Notes: generated by a model not told the origin, from the letters alone. A DNA stretch of 64,000 bases from an uncultured delta proteobacterium (GCA_963804165.1 CAWDPO010000040.1:96001-160000), one strand, 5' to 3'; shown: positions 51,271-61,764, counted from the stretch's first letter. Program-made: numbers and translations.

Positions 51271-53727
51271 ATGGCGAGCCGAAAAAAAACCCGTTCTACT
51301 CGTTCCACTAAAAACACAAAAACAAGGTCCACCGTCGGTCCCTCGAATAGAAAAACAAACAGCGACGTTGGAGACGCCCATTTGCGTTCGACCGTTGGCG
51401 GCCCTGCACGCGCTGGCGGTTCCGCCGAGGATGCGCTGTCTGTTAAGTTCCAGGCGACCCAGAAGCTCGTCGCAGACATGCCATACAACTCGAACAAAGC
51501 GCTCGAGCACGGCGAACTTTCTTCGCAGCCTCAAGAGGGGCAGAGAGTCACTCCCACCGATCCGTCAGCGACCGGCAGCACGTTGACCGAAACCAATCCA
51601 TCCGATAAGACAGGCGCCGGCAAGCCGCAGCTGGGGACCAATCCAGGCAGTCTTCCACTCGACCGGGTCCGTGTCGATTCGAGCGGGCAGACGCTCACCA
51701 CTAACCAGGGCGTTCCCATCGCCGACAATCAGAATTCGCTCAAAGCGGGGTATCGCGGACCTGCACTGCTGCAAGATTTTATTCTGCGCGAGAAGATCAC
51801 TCATTTTGACCACGAGCGCATACCGGAGCGCATTGTCCACGCCCGGGGTTCGGCGGCACATGGGTATTTCGAATGCTACGAATCGCTTAAAAAATATACG
51901 GCTGCGTCGCTGTTCGCCGAGGGCGGGAAGAGGACACCGGTCTTCGTCCGCTTCTCGACCGTCATTGGCGAACGGGGCTCTGCCGACACGGTGCGGGATG
52001 TGCGAGGTTTTGCTGTCAAGTTCTACACCGACCAAGGCAATTGGGACCTGGTCGGCAACAACATTCCCGTCTTCTTCATTCAGGACGCGATGAAATTTCC
52101 GGATCTGGTTCATGCAGCCAAGCCCGAGCCTCATTTCGCCGTACCGCAAGCGTCAACGGCCCACGATACTTTCTGGGACTTTATTTCCCTGATGCCGGAA
52201 TCGACGCACATGATGTTGTGGGTGATGTCGGACCGCGCCATTCCTCGCAGCTATCGCATGATGCAGGGCTTCGGTGTGCATACCTTTCGGTTAGTGAATG
52301 ACGACGGCGAGTCTCGTTTCGTAAAATTTCACTGGCGCCCGATGGCCGGAACCCACTCGCTCGATTGGGACGAGGCAGTCAAAATCGCAGGGGCTGATGC
52401 CGACTTTCACCGCCGCGACTTGTGGGAGGCGATCGAATCCGGCGCCTATCCGGAGTACGAGTTCGGCATGCAGATCTTCACTGAAGAGCAGGCCGAAAAG
52501 TTCAGCTTCGACGTATTAGACGCCACTAAAATCGTGCCGGAGGAACTCGTGCCTTTGACGCCTGTCGGGAAAATGGTTCTTAATCGCAACCCGGATAATT
52601 TCTTTGCGGAAACCGAGCAGGTTGCCTTCTGCGCCGCGCACATTGTTCCCGGATTGGACTTTTCTAACGATCCGCTACTGGCCGGTCGCATTCACTCATA
52701 TCAAGACACGCAGATATCGCGGCTCGGCGGCGCCAACTTTCATGAAATTCCCATTAACGCGCCGGTGGCGCCGCCGCACAACAACCAGCGTGATGGAATG
52801 CATCGTCAGGCGATCAATCGGGGCCGCGTCGCATACGAACCGAACTCGCTCGCAGGCGGCTGTCCTTTCCAGGCCGGCGCGGCTGGTTTTACTTCTTTTC
52901 CAGAGCCTCTAGTCGGGGACCAGGTGCGCGGTAAGCCTGAGCGCTTCGCGGATCATTACACGCAGGCGACGCTGTTCTGGAACAGCCAGACGGATGTTGA
53001 GAAGGCGCATATCATTCGGGGTTTTCGCTTCGAGCTGTCCCGCGCACAGATCCCAGCAGTGCGGACACGTGTCGTCGCCATGCTTGCCAACGTCGCAGAG
53101 GATCTTGCCGCCAGCGTCGCCCAAGGGCTTGGCATGGCTATGCCGGCGGCTTTGCCGAAGGTCATGGAAAAACCAACCGCGCCCGAAGTCGAGGCATCGC
53201 CTGCGCTGTCGCTGTTCGCCCGCCCCGGCGACGGCAGCATACGCACCCGGAGGATTGCAATTTTAGTCGCCGACGGGGTGGCTGGCGCGGATCTGAAGGC
53301 GCTGCACGACGGTCTCGTCGCACAGGGAGCGGTACCGCGCTATGTCGGAGCTCGCCTCGGCAGCGTTGAAAGCGCAGATGGAGATCCGATCGAAATAGAT
53401 ACGACTCTGGAGGCGGTTCCCGCCGTGCTCTATGACGCACTCGTAGTGCCTAGTGGCCGCGAAGCCGTAAAAACGCTCGGCAACCTGGGCCAGGCGGCGG
53501 AGTTCGTTAAGGAACAGTATCGCCATTGCAAACCGATTTTGGTGCTCGGCGCGGGCAGAGACTTGGTAGAAAATGCGGGAGTGCCGTTAACCCTATCAAA
53601 CGGCGAACGCGATCCTGGGCTACTGCAATTCCCGGATGAACACGTCGAGGCAGCTCTCGAACACTTTATAGCGGCGATTGCAAAGCACCGCCATTTTGCA
53701 AGGGAAATTGATCCTCCGCCGGTTTAA
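51271..53727 (+). CDS. katE: Large-subunit catalase HPII with C-terminal DJ-1/GATase-like domain
   Basis: [42 protein letters not shown]. Confidence 0.95.
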   Translation: MASRKKTRSTRSTKNTKTRSTVGPSNRKTNSDVGDAHLRSTVGGPARAGGSAEDALSVKFQATQKLVADMPYNSNKALEHGELSSQPQEGQRVTPTDPSATGSTLTETNPSDKTGAGKPQLGTNPGSLPLDRVRVDSSGQTLTTNQGVPIADNQNSLKAGYRGPALLQDFILREKITHFDHERIPERIVHARGSAAHGYFECYESLKKYTAASLFAEGGKRTPVFVRFSTVIGERGSADTVRDVRGFAVKFYTDQGNWDLVGNNIPVFFIQDAMKFPDLVHAAKPEPHFAVPQASTAHDTFWDFISLMPESTHMMLWVMSDRAIPRSYRMMQGFGVHTFRLVNDDGESRFVKFHWRPMAGTHSLDWDEAVKIAGADADFHRRDLWEAIESGAYPEYEFGMQIFTEEQAEKFSFDVLDATKIVPEELVPLTPVGKMVLNRNPDNFFAETEQVAFCAAHIVPGLDFSNDPLLAGRIHSYQDTQISRLGGANFHEIPINAPVAPPHNNQRDGMHRQAINRGRVAYEPNSLAGGCPFQAGAAGFTSFPEPLVGDQVRGKPERFADHYTQATLFWNSQTDVEKAHIIRGFRFELSRAQIPAVRTRVVAMLANVAEDLAASVAQGLGMAMPAALPKVMEKPTAPEVEASPALSLFARPGDGSIRTRRIAILVADGVAGADLKALHDGLVAQGAVPRYVGARLGSVESADGDPIEIDTTLEAVPAVLYDALVVPSGREAVKTLGNLGQAAEFVKEQYRHCKPILVLGAGRDLVENAGVPLTLSNGERDPGLLQFPDEHVEAALEHFIAAIAKHRHFAREIDPPPV

Positions 53728-53879
53728 CCCACCCACGCAACCCGCCAACCGAGCTTCAGTCTCTTAAACTTCACGGGTCAGTCCGGATCCGAGCGACAGC
53801 GTTAAATCAAGCAACTCACAACCGCTCGCCGTCTTTCCCTGCACGCCCACATGACGGTGACCAGCCAGCCAGCGCACCG

Positions 53880-54545
53880 TTATCCGCGGCCGGTCATGGA
53901 GTGAGGCGCATCTACCGGTTTAGACTCCGGCGATCCCTTCTCGCGCAACACGATGCTGAGAACAATCATCACGGCGATGGAAAAAAACTCGCTCTGCCAA
54001 TTTTGCAGTGACTCGAACCAGAATTGGGCCGTGGCGAGATACTCGATCATGCTGACCGCGTGACCGCCGTGCGCGACTTCCCGCATGCTGTGTATCCTCG
54101 CGCCGCTCACGGCGTGCCACGCGAAAGCGATACCAAATAATAAAAGCAAGGCGAGGCTCAACGAATGACTGTAAAGGGTCAGGCTCAACCCACCCCGGCG
54201 TACGGGCCACGGCGTATCCTGCTTTAATCGCGCCACCCGCGGATCACGATCCACGGCTTCATTGCCATCAAGGGATTTGGATTCCGCCGAGCCTTTCTGA
54301 AACAGGAACGTCGTGAGCACGACGTAGGCGAACATCTGCAGAAATTCACTTTCCCAGTTTTCCATTGTCGCTTCGATAAAAGCATCACTGACCAGGTACT
54401 CCGCGAAGGTGATCGGCGCGAGGCGATGGTCGATACGCTCTTGATTATGCTGGCGCTGCCCGACAACGCTCAAGCCGATTTCAAAAATCGCGAATAAGGC
54501 AAAGAGTACGATCGATAGTCCGTTATTGTGGAGTACGCGCTTCAT
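53880..54545 (-). CDS. DUF6766-type membrane protein
   Basis: Repeated ENWESEFLQ / QNWQSEF and KGS.ESK motifs. Confidence 0.8.
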   Translation of the reverse strand: MKRVLHNNGLSIVLFALFAIFEIGLSVVGQRQHNQERIDHRLAPITFAEYLVSDAFIEATMENWESEFLQMFAYVVLTTFLFQKGSAESKSLDGNEAVDRDPRVARLKQDTPWPVRRGGLSLTLYSHSLSLALLLLFGIAFAWHAVSGARIHSMREVAHGGHAVSMIEYLATAQFWFESLQNWQSEFFSIAVMIVLSIVLREKGSPESKPVDAPHSMTGRG

Positions 54546-54971
54546 TAGTTACGCCCCGACCAAATTCCCTGTGAACTCGACGAAGCAAATTTCGGTCCTC
54601 GAATGAGAGGTCAGGGAAGAAGCAACAAGCTCACGCCATCGCTTTGCGCTGCAGATTGTCCGCGTCGTTCCTACTGCATGTGAGGAAATCCCCTGCGAAA
54701 GTGATTCCAGATACGCTTGAGGCGAGAATGAGCGATATCGCAGGTGTCCGAAGTTTGCGACAGTGGTTTTAAGCAAAGAGGAAGTAATTCGGCGAACGAA
54801 CGAAGACGCGGCAAGTCATCTGGATTGCGGATTGAAAAGGATTTCGAGTTGGAGTTTTGTCCACGATCTCAGCGCTCGCGTGCGTATTGAAAAATCCGTA
54901 TTGTCCGAATTTTTGAGACAGTTTTCAGCGGACTGCGCCGAGAAAGCGCTGATATATCTTCGTCGATCTGC

Positions 54972-54986
54972 TGGCATACTAGTTGC
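54972..54986 (+). promoter_or_regulatory. sigma54 promoter (TGGCATACTAGTTGC)
   Basis: Consensus, upstream of the ferritin-like operon. Confidence 0.78.
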
Positions 54987-55063
54987 GCCTTAGAGTGAAA
55001 AGGATCGCTGGAATTCCCAAAGCGACCATTTAACTAACCTATCGCAGCTTTAAAGGAGAAAAA

Positions 55064-55657
55064 ATGAAAAACGAACAATTCAACCAGCTACTGTACGAAG
55101 CGTTGGAAACCGAAATAGGCGGTGTCCAGGTTTATGAAAACGCCATTCAATGCGCGGTCAACGATGACCTCAAAGAAGAGTGGCAGGAGTATCTCGAACA
55201 AACCCAAAAGCATGAACAGATCGTGCGCGGCCTATTTGAAAAATTCGGCCTGGATCCCGAAGCGGAGACGCCGGGACGCAAGGTGGTTCGGCACATCGGT
55301 GAATCGCTGGTCAAAGCGATGCAGATGGCGCGCGAAACCGGCGAACCGGACGCCGCGCAAATCGTCGCCGCTGAATGCGTCGTCGAAGCGGAAACGAAGG
55401 ATCATCTCAACTGGGAGCTCTTGGCGCAGGTGGCGGAAAAAAGCAAAGGCGACGACCGAAAGATCCTGCGCGACGCTCTTGACCAAGTTGAGGATGAAGA
55501 AGACGAGCACCTTTACCATACCACGGGATGGAGTCGCGAGTTGTGGATCCAGTCGCTGGGATTGCCGGCGGTGATACCGCCACCGGAAGAAGAAAAAGAC
55601 GTGAAGACGGCGATCGGCGCGGCACGTGCTAAGCAAAGCCGTAAAGAAATGCTTTAG
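55064..55657 (+). CDS. Ferritin-like (DUF892-like) stress protein
   Basis: ALETEIGGVQVYE, EQTQKH, ETKDHLNW, EDEEDEHLYH (ExxH-type motifs). Confidence 0.82.
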   Translation: MKNEQFNQLLYEALETEIGGVQVYENAIQCAVNDDLKEEWQEYLEQTQKHEQIVRGLFEKFGLDPEAETPGRKVVRHIGESLVKAMQMARETGEPDAAQIVAAECVVEAETKDHLNWELLAQVAEKSKGDDRKILRDALDQVEDEEDEHLYHTTGWSRELWIQSLGLPAVIPPPEEEKDVKTAIGAARAKQSRKEML

Positions 55658-55813
55658 GCCGCTGGGCCTGAGAGTCGATTGTTTTCCTGCTGCGAGTTTC
55701 ACAGCCTCAGCAGGAATCATGATTGGAATCTTCGAGGAAAAAACGATCGAAGAGATAGCTGTCATGCCAGGTAAAACTGTCGTTTTGGCATCAAACACAG
55801 AAAGGAGATAGAT

Positions 55814-56380
55814 ATGGCGGGTAAAAACACAGCTGCGTTCGGGATTTATCCCAACGAGGCAAGTCTGAGGATTGGCATCGAAGCGCTGCAGAGAGATGGC
55901 TTTCGAGTTGAGGACATCTCGGTGCTCTTTCCGGGAAACAGGGGCACCAAGGATTTTGCTCATGAGAAAGGAACTAAAGCACCGGAAGGCGCTGCCACAG
56001 GCGGTGGCTCCGGCGCTGTAGTGGGTGGGGTTCTGGGTTGGCTGGTGGGAATAGGCAGCATTGCGATTCCCGGCGTGGGCCCATTTATCGCCGCGGGTCC
56101 GATCATGGCAGCGTTGGCGGGCGCCGGGGTGGGTGGCGCGGTCGGCGGCTTGACGGGAGCGCTCATCGGCGCCGGAATTCCCGAGTACGAAGCGAAAAGA
56201 TACGAAGGTCTGGTAAAAAATGGCGGCATCCTGGTTTCCGTCCATTGCGATAACTCGGAGTGGACTGCAAAGGCGAAGGATATTCTGGAAAGAACCGGAG
56301 CTGACGATATCTCCTCCGCAGGGGAAGCGAGCGCGGACTTTGCAGAGACCGACAAACCGAAACCTCGTACTCACGTGTAG
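55814..56380 (+). CDS. Glycine-rich general stress membrane protein, paralog 2
   Basis: DFAHEKGTKAPEGAATG, GIPEYEAKRYEG; paralog of 33210-33749. Confidence 0.85.
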   Translation: MAGKNTAAFGIYPNEASLRIGIEALQRDGFRVEDISVLFPGNRGTKDFAHEKGTKAPEGAATGGGSGAVVGGVLGWLVGIGSIAIPGVGPFIAAGPIMAALAGAGVGGAVGGLTGALIGAGIPEYEAKRYEGLVKNGGILVSVHCDNSEWTAKAKDILERTGADDISSAGEASADFAETDKPKPRTHV

Positions 56381-56444
56381 ATGGATTCGCGGCCGGTGTT
56401 GGATGGTCAAGGAAAAGCTCACCGACGGAAGGAGGTGAACTCGA

Positions 56445-56603
56445 ATGGCCGACCAGAATTGTGCTCACACCGGGTGCAACTGTAAAGTCGAACAGGGTAA
56501 AGGCGTTTCCAAAGGCGGCAATACTTACTGCAGCGATCATTGCGGGAACGCCGGCTCGTCTGCTTCGAGCAAGTGCCAATGCAGACACCCAGGTTGCCAG
56601 TAG
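56445..56603 (+). CDS. Bacterial metallothionein (SmtA/BmtA-like), 52 aa
   Basis: MADQNCAHTGCNCKVEQGKGVSKGGNTYCSDHCGNAGSSASSKCQCRHPGCQ; CxxxxCxC...YCSxxC...CxCxHxxC pattern; AAGGAGGT RBS. Confidence 0.88.
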   Translation: MADQNCAHTGCNCKVEQGKGVSKGGNTYCSDHCGNAGSSASSKCQCRHPGCQ

Positions 56604-56733
56604 AGTTCTAAGACGGATGGCGGTTATTGCAGCCGCCATCCGTCCTTTCAAGGCGATGATTTCATCACCTACGCGGGTCTCATTCAACTCGGGCGGTTCA
56701 CCTGGGTCGTGTTCATAAACGGGCAAAAATGAA

Positions 56734-57852
56734 ATGACTACTTCGAAACATCAGCGGCAAATCCGTTATGCGGTGGTCGGCTTGGGACATATCGCTCAAG
56801 TGGCCGTGCTCCCAGCGTTCGCGCATGCGCGGGAGAATTCGCAACTGACGGCGTTGGTGTCCGATGATCCGAAAAAACTAAAAACCCTGGGGCGCCGTTA
56901 TCACGTCGATCATCTCTTTTCTTACCGCGAATATGACGATTGCTTACGCAGCGGCATGGTGGACGCGGTTTATATTGCTTTGCCGAACCATCTGCATGCG
57001 GATTACAGCATACGCGCCGCGCGGGCCGGGATTCACGTTTTGTGCGAAAAACCCATGGCTGTTACCGAAAAGGAGTGTTGGGCGATGCTTCGCGCCGGGG
57101 AGCGTGCCGGCACTAAATTGATGATCGCCTATCGGCTTCATTTTGAAGAAGCTAATATGACGGCCGTAAGGATCGTACGCTCGGGAAAACTCGGCAATCC
57201 GCGCTTCTTCACGTCGGCGTTTTCGATGCAGGTGCGCCCGGACAATATTCGCACCGATCGAGAAAAAGGCGGTGGTACGCTTTACGACATCGGCATTTAT
57301 TGCATCAATGCCGCGCGCTATCTCTTCGGCGCAGAGCCCACGGAGGTGGTCGCATTCAGCAGCGCTAACAAAAAGGACCCGCGCTTCAAAGAAATCGACG
57401 AAACGACCAGCGCGCTTTTGCGCTTTCCGGACGATCGTCTGGCGGTCTTCACTTCGAGCTTTGGCGCGGCCGACGTGGCCAGTTACCGTCTGGTCGGCAC
57501 GAAAGGCGACGTGCGACTCGAGCAGGCTTACGAGTACGTTTATCCGATCGATCTATTCGTCACGGTCAAGGGCAAAAGCCGGAAGCAAACCTTTCGCAAA
57601 CGAGATCAGTTTGCGCCCGAGCTGATTTATTTCTCCAATTGTATTTTGAATAACAAGCGTCCCGAGCCCTCCGGGGCGGAGGGACTCGCGGACGTGCGTA
57701 TTATCGAGGCGCTCTATCGTTCGGCAAAACGACGGAGGCCGGTGAAAATCGAAGCCGTGCGCCAACGGCAAAGGCCGTCGATCAAACAAACAATACATCG
57801 CCCGGCTGTCGACAAGCCCGCACTTGTGCACACCGAGAGCGCTGCGTTGTAA
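56734..57852 (+). CDS. Gfo/Idh/MocA family oxidoreductase (glucose-fructose oxidoreductase-like)
   Basis: YAVVGLGHI, HVLCEKPMA, MIAYRLHF, GGGTLYDIGIYC. Confidence 0.9.
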   Translation: MTTSKHQRQIRYAVVGLGHIAQVAVLPAFAHARENSQLTALVSDDPKKLKTLGRRYHVDHLFSYREYDDCLRSGMVDAVYIALPNHLHADYSIRAARAGIHVLCEKPMAVTEKECWAMLRAGERAGTKLMIAYRLHFEEANMTAVRIVRSGKLGNPRFFTSAFSMQVRPDNIRTDREKGGGTLYDIGIYCINAARYLFGAEPTEVVAFSSANKKDPRFKEIDETTSALLRFPDDRLAVFTSSFGAADVASYRLVGTKGDVRLEQAYEYVYPIDLFVTVKGKSRKQTFRKRDQFAPELIYFSNCILNNKRPEPSGAEGLADVRIIEALYRSAKRRRPVKIEAVRQRQRPSIKQTIHRPAVDKPALVHTESAAL

Positions 57853-57947
57853 CGCGAAATTCCTGATCAGGGAAAGTTTTACCATTGCCTTCGCGATCGA
57901 TAGGGAATAGCCGCAGCGTCTAGTCCTAGAGAAAGGGGAGAATCGCT

Positions 57948-58022
57948 ATGAATAATATCTTCTACATCATTGGCGTCATTGTAGTGGTGCTTTTCATTCT
58001 TGGTTACTTGGGCCTGCGGTAG
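57948..58022 (+). CDS. 24-aa single-TM microprotein (MNNIFYIIGVIVVVLFILGYLGLR)
   Basis: AAGGGGAG RBS; almost entirely hydrophobic with a C-terminal GLR. Confidence 0.7.
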   Translation: MNNIFYIIGVIVVVLFILGYLGLR

Positions 58023-58095
58023 TGTCATCACTTCGCTACTCGAAAGGTTAGTGTCCTGGCCCAGAAGTTCATTGAATAATCATTTGGCTTTGACC

Positions 58096-58184
58096 GTCAT
58101 GCCGGTGAAGACCGGCATCCAGAACTCTTTGAAAAATCCTGGATTCCGGGTCGCGCTAGCTATTTCCAACTTGCCCGGAATGAC
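58096..58184. repeat. REP/RPE-like palindromic element
   Basis: GTCATGCCGG-TGAAGA-CCGGCATCCAG ... CTGGATTCCGG ... CCGGAATGAC; a half copy lies near 61620-61650. Confidence 0.65.
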
Positions 58185-58591
58185 GATTGAATTATGCGAG
58201 CGTCCTGAAGTTGAGTTGAGAACAGCGATGTTAGGGCTGATAGGTTTTACAGGGATCAAGAGAAAAGAACCGCCGAATCCTAAGAATCCGCCCATAAAAG
58301 AGCCCAAGACTCGGAAGAAACCCATCGGAGATCCTCCACCCAAGAGACGGCCAAAACGAGTTGCGCCTTTGGAGAACTTAACGGCGTGACGCGAAATGGC
58401 CAAGTATTTTGCCGCTCATGCCCAGGCAGAGGCGTCTCAGTTTTGGCGGTGCGCGGCGCTTCATTCCAATTCACAGCGCTCGTGAACGAGCTGTCCTCTT
58501 TGAAGCCGGCCATCCGACTTACCCGTTGATTGCATCGCCACCGCGTTGGCGGTTTTATAATGGAGAGGCTGACGGAAAGGCGGTTTGATCT

Positions 58592-59551
58592 ATGGCATTT
58601 TGCTTGCTGCCGGACGAATCGGTGGAAGATGGAATCAAGCGGGTTGTCAGCGAAGAAATCAGCCAAGCGATCAAAGAAATTGATAACCCCAGATTGAAGC
58701 GCAGCGAAGCCATCCACGAAGTCCGCAAACACTGCAAGAAGATCCGCGGGCTGCTCCGACTCGTCAGACGAGAGTTCGAAGAGACTTATCAGTTTGAAAA
58801 CGGCTGGTTTCGCGATGCGGCGAAAGGGCTTGCCGAGCTGCGCGACGCCGAAGCCATAATCGAGACCTACGATAGCCTGATGGATAAATTCAGCGATCAA
58901 GTCGACCGGCGCGCCTTTGCGCCGATGCGCCGGGCATTGACCCTGCGACGGAAAAAGATCATGGAAGAGACCGGAGACTTGAGTCAGAAACTCAAACAGC
59001 TTCGCACCCACATGGAGAAAGCCGCCCGACGGGTCGCGGCTTGGAAACTAAAGGTGAAAGAATTCGACGGTATCGAAGGGGGACTCGTCGCCACCTATCG
59101 ACGAGCGCGCAAGACCCTGGTCACCGCCTACGACGAGCCGAGCGCGGAGAATTTTCACGAATGGCGAAAGCAGGCCAAGTATCACGATTATCATATGAGA
59201 TTGTTACGCGAACTGTGGAAACCGGTTATGCGCTCGCTGTCGAAGCAGACCGACGATCTGTCGGATCTACTGGGTGACGATCATAACCTCGACGTCCTTC
59301 ACAAGATGTTGCTCAAATCTCCTAAAAAATACGGCAAGAAACGGGATATCCAGGTGCTCCTGGGTTTGATCGACCGGAGCAGCGCCGAGCTAAGGATGGA
59401 AGCCCACTCCGTCGGCGCAAGAATCTTTGCGGAAAAGCCAAAGACTTTCGGCCGCCGCTTCAGCGATTATTGGGAAGCATGGCGGTCCGAGGCCGAGCTT
59501 CCCTCGAAAAAACTCAGCGAAGAGCCCGCCGTCGTCACTGTGGCCGCATGA
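58592..59551 (+). CDS. CHAD domain protein
   Basis: IHEVRKHCKKIRGLLRL, LRDAE, FHEWRKQAK, LGDDHNL. Confidence 0.9.
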   Translation: MAFCLLPDESVEDGIKRVVSEEISQAIKEIDNPRLKRSEAIHEVRKHCKKIRGLLRLVRREFEETYQFENGWFRDAAKGLAELRDAEAIIETYDSLMDKFSDQVDRRAFAPMRRALTLRRKKIMEETGDLSQKLKQLRTHMEKAARRVAAWKLKVKEFDGIEGGLVATYRRARKTLVTAYDEPSAENFHEWRKQAKYHDYHMRLLRELWKPVMRSLSKQTDDLSDLLGDDHNLDVLHKMLLKSPKKYGKKRDIQVLLGLIDRSSAELRMEAHSVGARIFAEKPKTFGRRFSDYWEAWRSEAELPSKKLSEEPAVVTVAA

Positions 59552-59655
59552 CTTCCTCATTCGGCGCGCCTTTTTGGGCCAGGCTCTAGCCTAGTATCCT
59601 GTCCCAGAAGTTCGCGACATAATTCTCGCGTCATTCCGTCGGAAAATCTCCCCTT

Positions 59656-59676
59656 CCCCTCTTTGGCAAAGAGGGG
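59656..59676. repeat. Short palindrome CCCCTCTTTG-G-CAAAGAGGGG (REP-like)
   Basis: Perfect 10-bp inverted repeat in the intergenic region between convergent genes. Confidence 0.5.
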
Positions 59677-59984
59677 TGAGAATCGCACGGCGCCACACTA
59701 GATTATTGGCCCGCGTAAACGGGTGTTCTCGATCCTTCGCCTTCGGTGCCCGGCCAAGGCGTAGCCAATTGATCCGGACTCGATTCCATTTTCAATTGCC
59801 GGTGTTGCAAACGCCCGGAGCCTTTATCGTCTCTAAGTATCGCTCGCCGATTTTTCGCTAGCGCACCTCCGCTCCTGTGACACCGATCGCGAGGTAACCT
59901 TGGACGATATTTTGTGAAGCGCATTAGTTGCTAAGCTAACCAAACGGTCCTTCGTGTCAGTCTTTGCAGCTTCGGATATGGCAG

Positions 59985-60959
59985 CTATTTACGAACGCGC
60001 TCCGCTGCGACCGACTCACCTTGCGATTGCCGCTTTGTCCTGCGAGGGGTGAGAAACACGACGGCATGAGAGCCGACCTTAATGTCAATCTCTTTCTGTC
60101 GAGCCGATTTCCGATCTTTGCCGGTTGGCCAAGACTTGTCGTCGATATGAACGGGAAAGTCGTCCCATCTAAGTTGTAGATGTCGCCCCTGACGAACCGG
60201 AAGATTCGCATTCGCGAGGCCGCCCGCTAAGGTTTTCGTCAGATAGGTGCGCAACTTGCCTTGCTCACGACGGGACAGCAAAACCACGTCGAGAAGTCCA
60301 TCGTTGGTATCCGCGCCGGGAACCAGATCGAGGTTGGGACCGACGTACCGGATATTCAATGCTTCCAGCATAATATATTCACCCGACAGATCTTGGTCAT
60401 CCAGGCGAATCTTCAATTTCTTTGGACGATGTTTGTGGATCTCGTCTTTCAAGATACGCAGGACCGACTTGATCTCCGCCTTGCGGCCGACCTCCTCCGG
60501 AGGATCAACATTTTTCTGGACTTCCAGTCTGGCGACCGTCGTGGCAAATAGTCCGACTCCGAAGCCCTCGATGAAGTAATTTGAGCCCCATGGACCCTTG
60601 GCACGGCCAATGTCAAAATTGATGCGCCGCGCCGACTTCCATCCCCGGACCAGCTGTTTCAGCGGCCTACCCGTCAGGCCGAGCGAGTGAGCGATGTTGT
60701 TGGCCGTTCCCACGGGTAAAATGGCTATAGGGGTGCGGTTGCCAACCATTCTCCGGGCGACCTTGCCGACGGTGCCGTCGCCGCCTGCGACCGCAATGAT
60801 GTCGCAGGATTTCTTCTTGATCGCCTTTTTCCATTTATTCTGTTTCGCAGATTGATAGTTGACTTTGTGTCCGGCGGCACGAATCATAGCGACAATCTGC
60901 TTACCCGACAGCTGCGAGTCGTCACCGGCGGATGGATTATGAATGAGCGTAATTTTAAT
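59985..60959 (-). CDS. Diacylglycerol kinase family protein (start appears as ATT)
   Basis: LIHNPSAG, AGGDGTV, LPVGTANNIA, DGLLDV; the frame extends to an ATT at 60959 behind AAGGAGGT. Confidence 0.88.
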   Translation of the reverse strand: MKITLIHNPSAGDDSQLSGKQIVAMIRAAGHKVNYQSAKQNKWKKAIKKKSCDIIAVAGGDGTVGKVARRMVGNRTPIAILPVGTANNIAHSLGLTGRPLKQLVRGWKSARRINFDIGRAKGPWGSNYFIEGFGVGLFATTVARLEVQKNVDPPEEVGRKAEIKSVLRILKDEIHKHRPKKLKIRLDDQDLSGEYIMLEALNIRYVGPNLDLVPGADTNDGLLDVVLLSRREQGKLRTYLTKTLAGGLANANLPVRQGRHLQLRWDDFPVHIDDKSWPTGKDRKSARQKEIDIKVGSHAVVFLTPRRTKRQSQGESVAAERVRK

Positions 60960-61005
60960 GGGTCTACCTCCTTAGACCGGCACTCTCACGGGCCAATGCT
61001 CGGTG

Positions 61006-61476
61006 TCAGGCGCGATGACTGGACCGTCGGATTCGGGTATACAAACCCAATTGCCGCAGTTTTTCGCTGCTAAATATCATACAGTCGCTTTGTCCGTCGA
61101 AGCCTCGGCAATCGACGGAAACGGAATCAGACATCCAGGAAATATGAAAAGCGCTTACCCCGTTCCGGTCGAGCAGATCCCCCAGAGTACGTAATAGTCG
61201 AGACAGGTTGCATGGCGTCTGCAAACGCGCAAGAGAATAATTCCGTCTCTGTTTATGTCCTTGGGCGTCAAGCCGTGAAATATAGGATGGATTGAAACGC
61301 AATGACCGGATTGCGGCACACCGGCCGCCAGGCTCAAAAGAATCGCTCTTATTGAGATCTGTGAGCGAATCACTGCGCACGATATAACCGTCACCGTCAT
61401 TCTCCAGCTCAAAAACCGCCACCCGCGCGGCCTCCAGCGACTGTCCGATCACTCTTAACGATTTAGCATGAGTCAT
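61006..61476 (-). CDS. Hypothetical protein, paralog of 13814-14315
   Basis: KSLRVIGQSLE...FELENDGDGYIV and LSRLLRTLGDLLDR...FHISW. Confidence 0.7.
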   Translation of the reverse strand: MTHAKSLRVIGQSLEAARVAVFELENDGDGYIVRSDSLTDLNKSDSFEPGGRCAAIRSLRFNPSYISRLDAQGHKQRRNYSLARLQTPCNLSRLLRTLGDLLDRNGVSAFHISWMSDSVSVDCRGFDGQSDCMIFSSEKLRQLGLYTRIRRSSHRA

Positions 61477-61764
61477 TGGATATTGGTTTTCATCTTATTA
61501 ATGCGCCAGCTGCCAACATAGCCGGGAGAAATGTTTTTAATGTCCCTTTCGGGGATGGTTGAAATTCAGGCCGGCGCAGGGCGGCCTCGACGTTCGATCT
61601 CGGTTCAAGTTCAAAAAACCGCCTGGATTCCGGCTTCCGCCGGACCGACGGAAACAAGAGTCGACTTCCAGTCGACAATTCTTTTAAAACCCTTCGGCTT
61701 GGAGTCACGGCTCGTTGAGTTTTTGATCGATGAACATCCCTTCCGATATTGAGACCAGGACTGA

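Noticed and set aside
55232-56422. 396-aa minus-strand ORF
   Set aside because: Antisense shadow of the ferritin-like and stress membrane genes; no family motifs.
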